Assembly: GCF_000012345.1 (NCBI RefSeq)
Contig: NC_007205.1
Coordinates: 210,001-242,000 of the forward strand
Direction of reading: 5' to 3'
Length of the DNA: 32,000 bases
DNA from: Candidatus Pelagibacter ubique HTCC1062
Lineage (GTDB): Bacteria > Pseudomonadota > Alphaproteobacteria > Pelagibacterales > Pelagibacteraceae
The number at the start of each line of letters is the position of its first letter. The stretch's first letter is position 1. A program made the position numbers and the translations under genes. Of this stretch, positions 1 to 8,333 are shown piece after piece. The notes below the pieces were generated by a model. The model searched no databases. It was given only the letters and a program-made list of their open reading frames with translations, and had not been told where the DNA came from.

Positions 1-951
1 TCCTTGAAAAACCATTCCTGTATATAATTGAACATAGCTAGCTCCTGCCTGAAACTTTTTATAAGCACTTTCTCCCGAGTCCACACCTCCTACACCTATA
101 ATTTCAATCTTGCCCTTAAGCAGTTTATAAAACTTACTTATTAGTTTATTGGCCTCTTCCTCTAGTGGCTTGCCTGATAGCCCACCCTTTTGATGCTTTA
201 AAATATTATTCAATTTTTCTCTATTTTTAGCTGTTGTGTTTGAAACAATTATTGCACTAACTTTATGTTTAATTAAAATTTTACTTATTAGTTCAATTTG
301 TTCGTCTGAAATATCTGGAGAGATTTTTACTACAATTGGAATTTTTGATTTAAGTTTAACTTTTTCTTTTTCTATTGCATTCAACAATTCATCAAATTTA
401 GTCTCATCATGAAAAGCTCTTAGATTTTCCGTGTTAGGCGAAGAAATATTAACTGCAATATAGTCAGCGATATCATAAAAGTTTCTAAGTCCAATCAAAT
501 AATCATTTAATCTATCTTCACTATCTTTATTGGGACCTATGTTGATTCCTAATAAACCTTTATGTGAATTAGATCTAATTCTATGGCTAATATTTTCTGC
601 TCCTAAATTATTAAAACCTAACCTATTTATAAGAGCCTGATCTTCAACCAACCTAAAAACTCTTGGCTTTGGATTTCCATATTGCTCAAGTGGGGTAACC
701 GTTCCTACTTCAACAAAACCAAACCCAAGTTTAAACAGTGGGTTATAAACTTCAGCATTTTTATCAAACCCGGCAGCCATTCCTATTGGATTATCTATAT
801 TCTTACCAAATAAATTAGTCTTAAATATTGGATCTCCTTTATTTTGATCAGCTATGTTTGGTAATATGTTTAGTTTTAAAGACTTAATTGCTAAATTATG
901 AGCAGTTTCAGGATCAATTTTGAAAATTAGTGATCTGAATTTTGAAAACAT
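1..951 (-). CDS. pyrD: Dihydroorotate dehydrogenase (quinone), class 2; C-terminus lies outside the window
   Basis: Not in the ORF track because it runs off the window edge. My manual reverse-complement translation from the ATG at 949-951 gives MFSKFRSLIFKIDPETAHNLAIK...NPIGMAAGFDKNAEV...GFGFVEVGTVTP...PRVFRL...INRLGFNN...LGINIGPNK...IAVNISSPNT...IVVKISPD...VSNTT...GGLSGKPL...GVGGV. These are the canonical class-2 DHODH motifs. The start A is shared with the lysS stop (TAATG). Confidence 0.9.
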   Translation of the reverse strand, partial: MFSKFRSLIFKIDPETAHNLAIKSLKLNILPNIADQNKGDPIFKTNLFGKNIDNPIGMAAGFDKNAEVYNPLFKLGFGFVEVGTVTPLEQYGNPKPRVFRLVEDQALINRLGFNNLGAENISHRIRSNSHKGLLGINIGPNKDSEDRLNDYLIGLRNFYDIADYIAVNISSPNTENLRAFHDETKFDELLNAIEKEKVKLKSKIPIVVKISPDISDEQIELISKILIKHKVSAIIVSNTTAKNREKLNNILKHQKGGLSGKPLEEEANKLISKFYKLLKGKIEIIGVGGVDSGESAYKKFQAGASYVQLYTGMVFQG

Positions 952-2528
952 TATTTTATTTTTTCTTTAATTAACTCTTTAGTTTCGTTTACTCCAAAAA
1001 AACTTATAAAAAATCCCATTCTTGGTCCATTTTCATCTCCAAAAACAACCTCATAAATTAATTTAAACCAATCACGCAAGTTTTCTGCGTAACCATTTTC
1101 TTTTCCCGTTGAATAAATTAATGTCTGAATATCCTCAGGCAACATCTTATCATTGCAGCTATCAAGAGACTTAACCAGTGCTTCTAATGCAACTTTTTCA
1201 TTTGCATCAGGGGTTTTGTATTTTTTTTGTAATTTTATTACGTCATTAAAATACTTAATCGCATAACCTATAAGATTATCAAAAATTGGGTGTTCTTTTT
1301 CTAAAAGGTTTTTTTTATATTTTTTTACAAACTTCCAAAGTAACTCCTTAGAGTCTGCATTGCTCGTTTCTACTAAATTTAAAAGCATTGAAAAGCTCAT
1401 AATAGTATCTTCTTTAGGAATTAATCCATTATGCACATGCCAAACAGGATTCATTAATAGCTGTAACTCATTTTGTGTTTTAGCTTTTTCTATAAAGTCC
1501 AAGTACTCATCGACTGTTTTAGGAACTATTTCTTTATATAGTTTTTTTGCTCTTTTGGGATTTTGATACATATACAATGAAAGACTTTCGGGTGATGCAT
1601 ACTCCAGCCACTGATCAATTGTAATTCCATTTCCTTTTGATTTGGATATTTTTTCTCCTTTTTCATCTAAAAAAAGCTCATAAGCAAACCCAGATGGGTT
1701 TGTTTTTCCAATTAACTTGATTATTTTTGATGATAATATTGCACTTTCAATTAGATCTTTTCCATACATTTCAAAATCTATATCAAGAGCGTACCATCTC
1801 ATTGCCCAATCTACTTTCCATTGTAATTTGCAATTCCCATCGAAGATACTTACCTCAAGTTTTTTTCCATTATTATCAAATATAATTTTGGATTTTTCTT
1901 TTAGTATTTCTAAAACTGGAATTTCTAAAACCTTACCGGTGTCTGGACAAATTGGTAAAAATGGACTGTAAGTTTTTTGTCTTTCTTTCCCTAGTGTTGG
2001 AAGAATTATATCCATAATACCTTGATAATTTTCTAGGATTATCTGTAATGTGGGATTAAAAAAACCACTCTTATAAAGAACTGAAGAGCTTTGAAAATTA
2101 TATTCAAAATTAAATTTATTTAAAAAATCTTTTAACATTTCATTATTGTGTTCACCAAAACTTGAAAATTTTTCAAATGGATCTGGCACTTGAGTTAAAG
2201 GCTTATGAAGATTGTTATTTAAGAGCTCTTGATTTGGAACGTTTTCTGGAACTTTTCTAAAGCCATCCATGTCATCAGAGAAAGTTATGATTTCCGTTGG
2301 TATATCTGTGAGTTGTTTTAAAGCATTAACCATCATCGATGTTCTTGCAACTTCACCAAATGTACCTATATGGGGCAGCCCACTTGGACCATAACCAGTT
2401 TGTAAAATTATTTTACCTTTTTTATCAATAAAGGACTTTCTTTCACGCAGTAATTTTTTAGCCTCAACAAAGGGCCATGCGTTAGTTTTATCTAAATTAT
2501 CTTTTTCAATCACTTTGTTTAATAACAA
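951..2528 (-). CDS. lysS: Lysyl-tRNA synthetase, class I type
   Basis: 525 aa. It has the N-terminal NAWPFVEAKKLL stretch, a HIGH-type motif (PHIGTFGEV) and a KMSKS-type motif (KISKSKGNG). Length and architecture match class I LysRS as found in Rickettsiales, other alphaproteobacteria and archaea, not class II. The start is non-ATG: TTG at 2526-2528 or GTG at 2511-2513. Confidence 0.9.
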   Translation of the reverse strand: MLLNKVIEKDNLDKTNAWPFVEAKKLLRERKSFIDKKGKIILQTGYGPSGLPHIGTFGEVARTSMMVNALKQLTDIPTEIITFSDDMDGFRKVPENVPNQELLNNNLHKPLTQVPDPFEKFSSFGEHNNEMLKDFLNKFNFEYNFQSSSVLYKSGFFNPTLQIILENYQGIMDIILPTLGKERQKTYSPFLPICPDTGKVLEIPVLEILKEKSKIIFDNNGKKLEVSIFDGNCKLQWKVDWAMRWYALDIDFEMYGKDLIESAILSSKIIKLIGKTNPSGFAYELFLDEKGEKISKSKGNGITIDQWLEYASPESLSLYMYQNPKRAKKLYKEIVPKTVDEYLDFIEKAKTQNELQLLMNPVWHVHNGLIPKEDTIMSFSMLLNLVETSNADSKELLWKFVKKYKKNLLEKEHPIFDNLIGYAIKYFNDVIKLQKKYKTPDANEKVALEALVKSLDSCNDKMLPEDIQTLIYSTGKENGYAENLRDWFKLIYEVVFGDENGPRMGFFISFFGVNETKELIKEKIK

Positions 2529-2603
2529 ATATCTTATATTTGGTGTTTTTATTAATTCTTATAGAGTTGAAATTTATTTACCATAAAATAATGTTCTTTC
2601 AAA

Positions 2604-4049
2604 ATGTCTAATTATAAAACTGTTTTTTTTACCTTGGGTGTTTTGCAAATTATTCTTGGAATTTCCATGATGATTCCAATTATAGCTCAGCTTATATATT
2701 CAGAAATTGACTCCTCTTTTATTGGAGGCTCTATAATTTCTATAATATTTGGTGTTTTATTTTTTTTAACAAATTTAAATCATGATAAAAAATTAAATCT
2801 ACAACAAGCGTTCTTATTAACTGCTCTTTCTTGGTTAAGTATTGCAATATTTGGTTCTTTACCTTTTATTTTTTCTACTCTTGAACTTTCAATTACTGAC
2901 TCTTTCTTTGAAAGTATGTCTGGAATCACCACGACAGGGTCGACAATTATCTCCAACTTAGAGAGTGCTCCAAGATCGATACTTTTGTGGCGAGCAATGC
3001 TTCAATGGTTAGGTGGAATTGGTATTATTGTAATGGCAATAACCTTAATGCCAATAATGAATGTTGGTGGAATGCAATTGTTTAAAATTTCAAGTAATGA
3101 TTCTTCTGAAAAACTATTACCAAAATCAAAAGAAATTTCACTTAGACTAATTTACGTTTATTTAGGTCTAACCGTGCTTTGTGCTTCTACATATAAAATT
3201 TTTGGTATGAATATTTTTGATAGTTTAACTCATTCAATGACCACGATAGCAACTGGTGGCTTTTCAAATTATAACGAATCTATTGGATATTTTAATAGTC
3301 TACCTATCGAAATATCATCCATGGTTTTCATCATATTAGGGAGTTTACCTTTTATTGCTTATATAAAATTTTTAAATGGAGACAGAAAAATTCTTATCTC
3401 TGATGTTCAAATAAAGTCATTTTTAAAAATTATTATTTTTTCAATTATTATACTTTTTATATATTTACTTTTTCACAACAAAGATTTTTCTCAAATAAAT
3501 ATTAGGACTATTTGTTTTAATGTTATCTCTATATTAAGTGGAACGGGATATGTTACTGGAGAATTTGATGGATGGGGTAATTTTCCACTCATTTTCTTTC
3601 TAACTTTAATGTTCATTGGTGGTTGTGCTGGTTCTACCACATGTGGAATTAAAATTTTTAGAATTCAAATTTTATACCTTTTTATTATTAATCAATTAAA
3701 AAAGATTATTTATCCAAAAGGCATATTCATAATAAAATATGATAAAAATAATGTTGATGATAAATTTATGGCTTCCATCATTTCTTTTATCTTTCTTTAT
3801 TTGGTTATATTTTTTTTAATAACTGCATTTTTATCCTTAAGTGGTCTAGATTTTGTTACTTCAATTTCTGGAGCTGCAACTTCTATCTCAAATGTTGGTC
3901 CAGGATTGGGCTCTACAATTGGTCCTAATGGCAATTTTTCAAGCTTACCGGAAATATCTAAATGGATTTTAAGTCTTGGAATGATATTGGGTAGGTTAGA
4001 ATTATTTGCTATACTTGTATTGTTTCTTCCATCATTTTGGAGAAATTAA
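2604..4049 (+). CDS. trkH: Trk-type potassium uptake membrane subunit TrkH
   Basis: 481 aa polytopic membrane protein. It carries repeated selectivity-filter-like pore loops (GITTTGST, IATGGFSN, LSGTGYVTG, NVGPGLG) and a CGIKIFR segment, and its length is typical of TrkH. Confidence 0.85.
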   Translation: MSNYKTVFFTLGVLQIILGISMMIPIIAQLIYSEIDSSFIGGSIISIIFGVLFFLTNLNHDKKLNLQQAFLLTALSWLSIAIFGSLPFIFSTLELSITDSFFESMSGITTTGSTIISNLESAPRSILLWRAMLQWLGGIGIIVMAITLMPIMNVGGMQLFKISSNDSSEKLLPKSKEISLRLIYVYLGLTVLCASTYKIFGMNIFDSLTHSMTTIATGGFSNYNESIGYFNSLPIEISSMVFIILGSLPFIAYIKFLNGDRKILISDVQIKSFLKIIIFSIIILFIYLLFHNKDFSQINIRTICFNVISILSGTGYVTGEFDGWGNFPLIFFLTLMFIGGCAGSTTCGIKIFRIQILYLFIINQLKKIIYPKGIFIIKYDKNNVDDKFMASIISFIFLYLVIFFLITAFLSLSGLDFVTSISGAATSISNVGPGLGSTIGPNGNFSSLPEISKWILSLGMILGRLELFAILVLFLPSFWRN

Positions 4050-5428
4050 CTATGATTGAAATTAAAAAACAATCCTTATCAGAAACTTTTGCTGTCTACT
4101 TTGATAAGAGAATGCTTAGAATATTGTTATTAGGTGCAATCTCAGGTTTTCCCTGGGTTTTAATTGGGAGCAGTTTAAGTCTATGGCTCAAAGAAGAGGG
4201 CTTAAGCAGATCAACAATTGGTTGGGCAGGACTAATATTTGCTGTTTATGCTTTTAATTATTTATGGGCCCCCCTTATTGATAGATTTCAAATACCCTAC
4301 CTAACAAAAAAACTTGGTCATAGAAGAGGCTGGATAGTTTTAATGCAAATTGCAATTTTAGCTTGTCTTGTTACTTGGAGTTTCATTAATCCTACCGAAA
4401 ACCTTGCGCTACTAATTACAGTTGGTTTAATTATTGCTATAGCATCAGCCACACAAGATATTACAGTTGATGCTTTAAGAATTGAACAAATAGGCGAACA
4501 CGAAAGTAAATCAATGGCCGCTGGCGCTGCTATGGCTGTTGTTGGCTGGTGGAGTGGATACAAATTAGGTGGTGTAATAGCTTTATTTACAGCAGAATAT
4601 TTAGAGAATATGGGTGTTACAAATTACTGGCAAATTACATTTTTAATTTTAGGAATTCTAGTAATTTTAATGAATATAGGTTTGATGTTTGTCCATGAGC
4701 CTCTTTATACTGACAGACAAAAAAAACAAAAAGAAACTGATAAACTTATAGAAGGTAAACTTGGATCAAAAAATATTATAACTAATTTTATAACATGGAT
4801 AAGCAGCACATTAGGTGGCCCTATAATAAGCTTTTTTAGGAAAAATGGTTTTACAATTGCTGTTGGAATTTTAAGTTTTATTTTTTTATTTAAGATTGGT
4901 GAGGCCTTTCTTGGACGTATGTCGATAGTTTTTTATAAAGAAATAGGCTTCTCTAAAGGTGATATTGCAATTTATTCTAAAACTTTAGGTTGGATTACTA
5001 CAGTTATGTTTACATTGCTGGGTGGACTTTTTGTAATTAGATCTGGTGTTTTAAAAGCAATGTTTGTTGCGGGAATATTAATGGCTGCAACTAACTTATT
5101 ATTCACAGTCTTAGCGTGGAGTGATAAATCCGAGTTGTTATTCGCAGTAGCAGTCATATTTGATGATATAGCAGCAGCATTTGCAACAGTTGCATTTGTA
5201 GCATTTATTTCATTACTAGTAGACCGAACATATACTGCAACCCAATACGCGTTACTTGCATCAATTGGAACTGCAGGTAGAACTACACTTGCATCATCAT
5301 CTGGAGCATTAGTAGATTGGCTTAATGGAGATTGGGGAGTATTTTTTATCATTACAGCCATCATGGTAATACCTTCTTTGATTTGTTTATGGCTTATAAA
5401 AGATAAATTAAAACTTCATGAAAGATAA
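4037..5428 (+). CDS. ampG: AmpG-family MFS permease (anhydromuropeptide permease-like)
   Basis: About 460 aa and multi-TM. The LGHRRGWIVLMQ motif after the early TM segments resembles the GRRRGW loop of AmpG. The ORF-track start at 4037 is TTG and overlaps the trkH stop. An ATG at 4052 (MIEIKKQ...) is an equally or more likely true start. Confidence 0.75.
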   Translation: MEKLTMIEIKKQSLSETFAVYFDKRMLRILLLGAISGFPWVLIGSSLSLWLKEEGLSRSTIGWAGLIFAVYAFNYLWAPLIDRFQIPYLTKKLGHRRGWIVLMQIAILACLVTWSFINPTENLALLITVGLIIAIASATQDITVDALRIEQIGEHESKSMAAGAAMAVVGWWSGYKLGGVIALFTAEYLENMGVTNYWQITFLILGILVILMNIGLMFVHEPLYTDRQKKQKETDKLIEGKLGSKNIITNFITWISSTLGGPIISFFRKNGFTIAVGILSFIFLFKIGEAFLGRMSIVFYKEIGFSKGDIAIYSKTLGWITTVMFTLLGGLFVIRSGVLKAMFVAGILMAATNLLFTVLAWSDKSELLFAVAVIFDDIAAAFATVAFVAFISLLVDRTYTATQYALLASIGTAGRTTLASSSGALVDWLNGDWGVFFIITAIMVIPSLICLWLIKDKLKLHER

Positions 5429-6164
5429 TTATTTTTATAAAAAACCATTATCAAATATCTATAAAAAGCCTAATGCATTTTCTGAAGTTACCTCTCAAAT
5501 TTTGTATGGGGAAAAATTTAAAATTATATCTAAGAATAAAAATTGGATCAAAATAAAAGTTTCATTTGATAATTATACTGGATACATAAAAAATAAATAT
5601 TACACAAAAGATCACCAACCAACCCATAAAATATTTACTCTAAAAGCGAATATTTATAATAAACAAAAAAATAAAACAAAAAATTTTTTGCCCTTTGCAT
5701 CAAGAATTTCAATGATTGATGAAAATAAAAAATTCATAGAGTTTGAAAAAAATAAATGGATTAAAAAAAAAGATATAAAAAAAATTAATCATATTGAAAA
5801 AGATTATTTAAAAGTATTAAAAATGTTTTTAAAAATTAAATATCTATGGGGTGGTAAAACTTATAGAGGTATAGACTGCTCTGCTATTTTACAATTATTT
5901 TTTTACTATAATAATAAATTTTATCCACGAGACACAAAAGACCAAATAAAATATTCAGCAAAAAAAAATAAAAGTAAAGTTTTTAAAAAAGGTGATATTA
6001 TTTTTTGGAAAGGTCATGTTGCTGTTTGTATTAACGCTCAAAAGTTAATTCATGCATATGGTCCTGAAAAGAAAGTTTTGATTATGAATATAAAAGAGAC
6101 AATAAATAGAATTGAAAGAACAGCAAAATTAACAGTAAAAAAAATATCCCCTATAAAATACTAA
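5418..6164 (+). CDS. SH3b-domain plus NlpC/P60 (C40) cysteine peptidase, probable gamma-D-glutamyl-diamino-acid endopeptidase; no signal peptide visible
   Basis: 248 aa. The N-terminal half looks like a bacterial SH3 domain (VTSQILYGEKFKIISKNKNWIKIKVSFDNYTGYIK). The C-terminal half carries the NlpC/P60 catalytic pattern: WGGKTYRGIDCSAILQ (Cys), KGHVAV (His), LIHAYG (third polar residue). The N-terminus MKDNYFYKKPLSNIYKKP has no hydrophobic leader. Its ATG lies inside the last 11 nt of ampG. Confidence 0.8.
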   Translation: MKDNYFYKKPLSNIYKKPNAFSEVTSQILYGEKFKIISKNKNWIKIKVSFDNYTGYIKNKYYTKDHQPTHKIFTLKANIYNKQKNKTKNFLPFASRISMIDENKKFIEFEKNKWIKKKDIKKINHIEKDYLKVLKMFLKIKYLWGGKTYRGIDCSAILQLFFYYNNKFYPRDTKDQIKYSAKKNKSKVFKKGDIIFWKGHVAVCINAQKLIHAYGPEKKVLIMNIKETINRIERTAKLTVKKISPIKY

Positions 6165-7063
6165 TTTCTTCCAAAATCTGGCTTATTAATATCTTGTTTT
6201 AGCTTAATTATTTTTTTCCTTACCTTCTTAGTATTAACTAATTTTTTAATAATAGATTTATTATTTTTAAATTGAATATCTCTTTTAAATGAACGTAAAT
6301 TTTTAATAAATAGATCAATAACTTTTGAAATATTTTTTTGATTATTAAAAAAAATATCTCTCCACATAATTTCATTAGATGCAGCAATTCTTGAAAAATC
6401 TCTCAAACCACCGGCACTAAATTTTATTAATTCATATCTTTGTTGTTTTTCAAAGTCTGTAGCTGTTTTAACCAAATTATATGCAATTAAATGAGGCAAA
6501 TGACTGGTCATAGAAAAAATCGTATCATGTTTTTTTGAGTCCATAATTGCAACTTTTGAACCAATTTTTTTCCAGAACTTGGTAAGTATCAGAAGATGTT
6601 TTCTGTTAGTATTTTTTTCTTTTATTAATATGCACCATTTCTTAAGGAATAAATTTTTTACTCCATTTTCTGGGCCACTAACTTCTGAACCTGCAATAGG
6701 GTGACTGGATGTCCAAAAAATTCCTTTTTTTAATTTTCTTTTAATTAAATCCATAGACTTTTCTTTAGATGATCCAACATCTGTAATAATAGTTTTGGGT
6801 AATAAATATCTGTTTATCTTTAAAATTATTTTTTCATATTCTCCTAGTGGAGTACAAAATATTATCAAATCTAAGTTTGGGATAATTTGCTTTAAATCAT
6901 TTGTAATTTCACATGGTAATTTTAATTTTTTGATTTTTAAAATATTTGATTTTGATTTTTCATAGACAAATATTTTTTTAGCTATTTTTTTCTCAGAAAT
7001 TGCTCTTAATAATGAAGAACCAATTAAACCACAGCCTATAATTAAAATATTTTTCATAATCAA
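6161..7063 (-). CDS. tyrA: Prephenate/arogenate (cyclohexadienyl) dehydrogenase
   Basis: It has an N-terminal Rossmann motif (ILIIGCGLIGSSL), the SSHPIAG motif and a SHLPHLIAY segment typical of the TyrA family. The track start at 7063 is TTG. The ATG at 7055-7057 (MKNILIIG...) is the more likely start and lies 2 nt after the hisC stop. Confidence 0.85.
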   Translation of the reverse strand: MIMKNILIIGCGLIGSSLLRAISEKKIAKKIFVYEKSKSNILKIKKLKLPCEITNDLKQIIPNLDLIIFCTPLGEYEKIILKINRYLLPKTIITDVGSSKEKSMDLIKRKLKKGIFWTSSHPIAGSEVSGPENGVKNLFLKKWCILIKEKNTNRKHLLILTKFWKKIGSKVAIMDSKKHDTIFSMTSHLPHLIAYNLVKTATDFEKQQRYELIKFSAGGLRDFSRIAASNEIMWRDIFFNNQKNISKVIDLFIKNLRSFKRDIQFKNNKSIIKKLVNTKKVRKKIIKLKQDINKPDFGRN

Positions 7064-8142
7064 TTAAAGATAGCCTTAATTGTTGTTATGAATCTCATAT
7101 TCTCTTTTGTTGATCCAATTGTTAATCTTAATTTGTTTTTAATATTATACCCATCCTCTGTAGATCTTAATATAATTCCTTTTGACTGCAGTTTGTTAAA
7201 AATATAGTTAGCTGAAAATTTACATCTATCAAAATTTAATAATAAAAAATTAGCCGTTACTTCATTTGAGAGAATTTTTAGTTTTTGTAAAGCATTTCTA
7301 ACTTTATTTGCTTCTCTAATATTGTGTTTCACAGAATTATTAATAAATTTTCTATCTTTTAAAGCTTCTATTGCTGCCATCTGTGCAACTTGATTTACAT
7401 TAAATGGAGGTCTAATTAAGTTCATTGCAGATATAATTTTTTTTGGCCCATGACCCCAGCCAACTCTTAAGGAGGCCAGTCCATATATTTTTGAAAAAGT
7501 TCTTATCACAACAACATTATCTTTATTTTTAAATAAATCTAAACCAGATTTATAATCTTTATTTTTCATATATTCAAAATACGCATCATCTAAAACTAGT
7601 AAAATGTTTTTATTTAATTTCTTTCTTAAGTCTATTAATTCTGCTCTAGTTAAGTATGTTCCCGTTGGGTTATTTGGATTGGCAATAAATACTAGCTTGG
7701 TTTTTCTTGTTACTTTCTTAATAATTTCATTTATCGAAACTTTAAAATTTTTTTCCTTAGAAAAAACAACTTTTGCCCCCACTATTTGTGCATATATCCT
7801 GTACATTAAAAAGCTATATTGAGGAACAATCACTTCATCAGAGGGTTTTAAGTATAACTGACAAATCATTTGAATAATTTCATCTGACCCTGCACCACAA
7901 ATTATTCTCTCAAAATCACACTTAAATTTCTTTGAAATTTCTTTTCTTAAGTTTTTTGCTTTACCGTCTGGATACTTCGATATTAACAATTTTTTATTCT
8001 GTAAAATTTTCTTTACTCTCGGGCTTACACCAAGAGCTGACTCATTTGCTGATAATTTTATAATATTTCGTATTTTTGCTATATTTGACTTACCTGGTTT
8101 ATAAGCCTCTATTTTGAATTTTTTAAATTTTGGAACTGTCAT
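7060..8142 (-). CDS. hisC: Histidinol-phosphate / aromatic aminotransferase (class II PLP aminotransferase)
   Basis: 360 aa with the motifs LSANESALG, NPNNPTG and RTFSKIYGLASLRVGW (PLP-lysine region). The hisC-tyrA pairing is a known alphaproteobacterial arrangement for a dual-function aminotransferase with cyclohexadienyl dehydrogenase. Confidence 0.88.
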   Translation of the reverse strand: MTVPKFKKFKIEAYKPGKSNIAKIRNIIKLSANESALGVSPRVKKILQNKKLLISKYPDGKAKNLRKEISKKFKCDFERIICGAGSDEIIQMICQLYLKPSDEVIVPQYSFLMYRIYAQIVGAKVVFSKEKNFKVSINEIIKKVTRKTKLVFIANPNNPTGTYLTRAELIDLRKKLNKNILLVLDDAYFEYMKNKDYKSGLDLFKNKDNVVVIRTFSKIYGLASLRVGWGHGPKKIISAMNLIRPPFNVNQVAQMAAIEALKDRKFINNSVKHNIREANKVRNALQKLKILSNEVTANFLLLNFDRCKFSANYIFNKLQSKGIILRSTEDGYNIKNKLRLTIGSTKENMRFITTIKAIFN

Positions 8143-8213
8143 TATATTAATTTAATTTACCTTATAAATAAAATATTATCCTTTCATATAGAATAAATCA
8201 TTTTTTAAAAAAA

Positions 8214-8242
8214 TTGACATAAGAAATGCTATCTAGTACAAA
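8214..8242 (+). promoter_or_regulatory. Candidate sigma70-type promoter for metX-metW-gloB
   Basis: TTGACA (8214-8219), a 17-nt spacer, then TACAAA (8237-8242). The -35 is perfect and the -10 is a 4/6 match. It sits in the largest intergenic gap and would place the TSS just before the structured leader that starts near 8249. Confidence 0.4.
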
Positions 8243-8248
8243 AAATAT

Positions 8249-8304
8249 GCGCTGATTTAACTGAATTGCGAGCGCTTAAAAAAAACCGCTAAATAAGTTT
8301 TTTT
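8249..8304 (+). promoter_or_regulatory. Candidate SAM-responsive (SAM-II/SAM-V-like) H-type pseudoknot leader of metX
   Basis: P1 pairs GCGCU (8249-8253) with AGCGC (8271-8275). The 5' part of the loop is U-rich (GAUUUAA, 8254-8260). The 3' part of the loop, UUGCG (8266-8270), can pair with CGC(U)AA (8287-8292), with weaker extension out to 8261/8297. The strands are linked by an A8 tract (8278-8285) and followed by U7 (8298-8304). Its position upstream of metX matches known SAM-II/SAM-V contexts. No covariance model was run. Confidence 0.35.
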
Positions 8305-8333
8305 GTCTCACAATTCAAATTTGGCTAATACTT

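Noticed and set aside
4972-5364. A 130-aa ORF antisense to the 3' half of ampG, which is surprisingly long for an AT-rich genome.
   Set aside because: It lies entirely within a well-supported membrane-protein gene. Its translation is low-complexity (Ala/Asn/Thr/Val-rich) with no recognisable motif, start context or SD. The relatively GC-rich, Ala/Gly/Val-rich sense codons of this ampG segment suppress antisense stop codons, so it is most simply a shadow ORF. Only strand-specific Ribo-seq could revive it.
8226-8255. A nine-codon uORF (ATG CTA TCT AGT ACA AAA AAT ATG CGC TGA, MLSSTKNMR) in the metX upstream region, considered as a possible Met-sensing leader peptide.
   Set aside because: It starts inside the spacer of the best promoter candidate, so it would probably not be transcribed. 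It has no SD and only one internal Met codon. The pseudoknot explanation for the leader is more economical.
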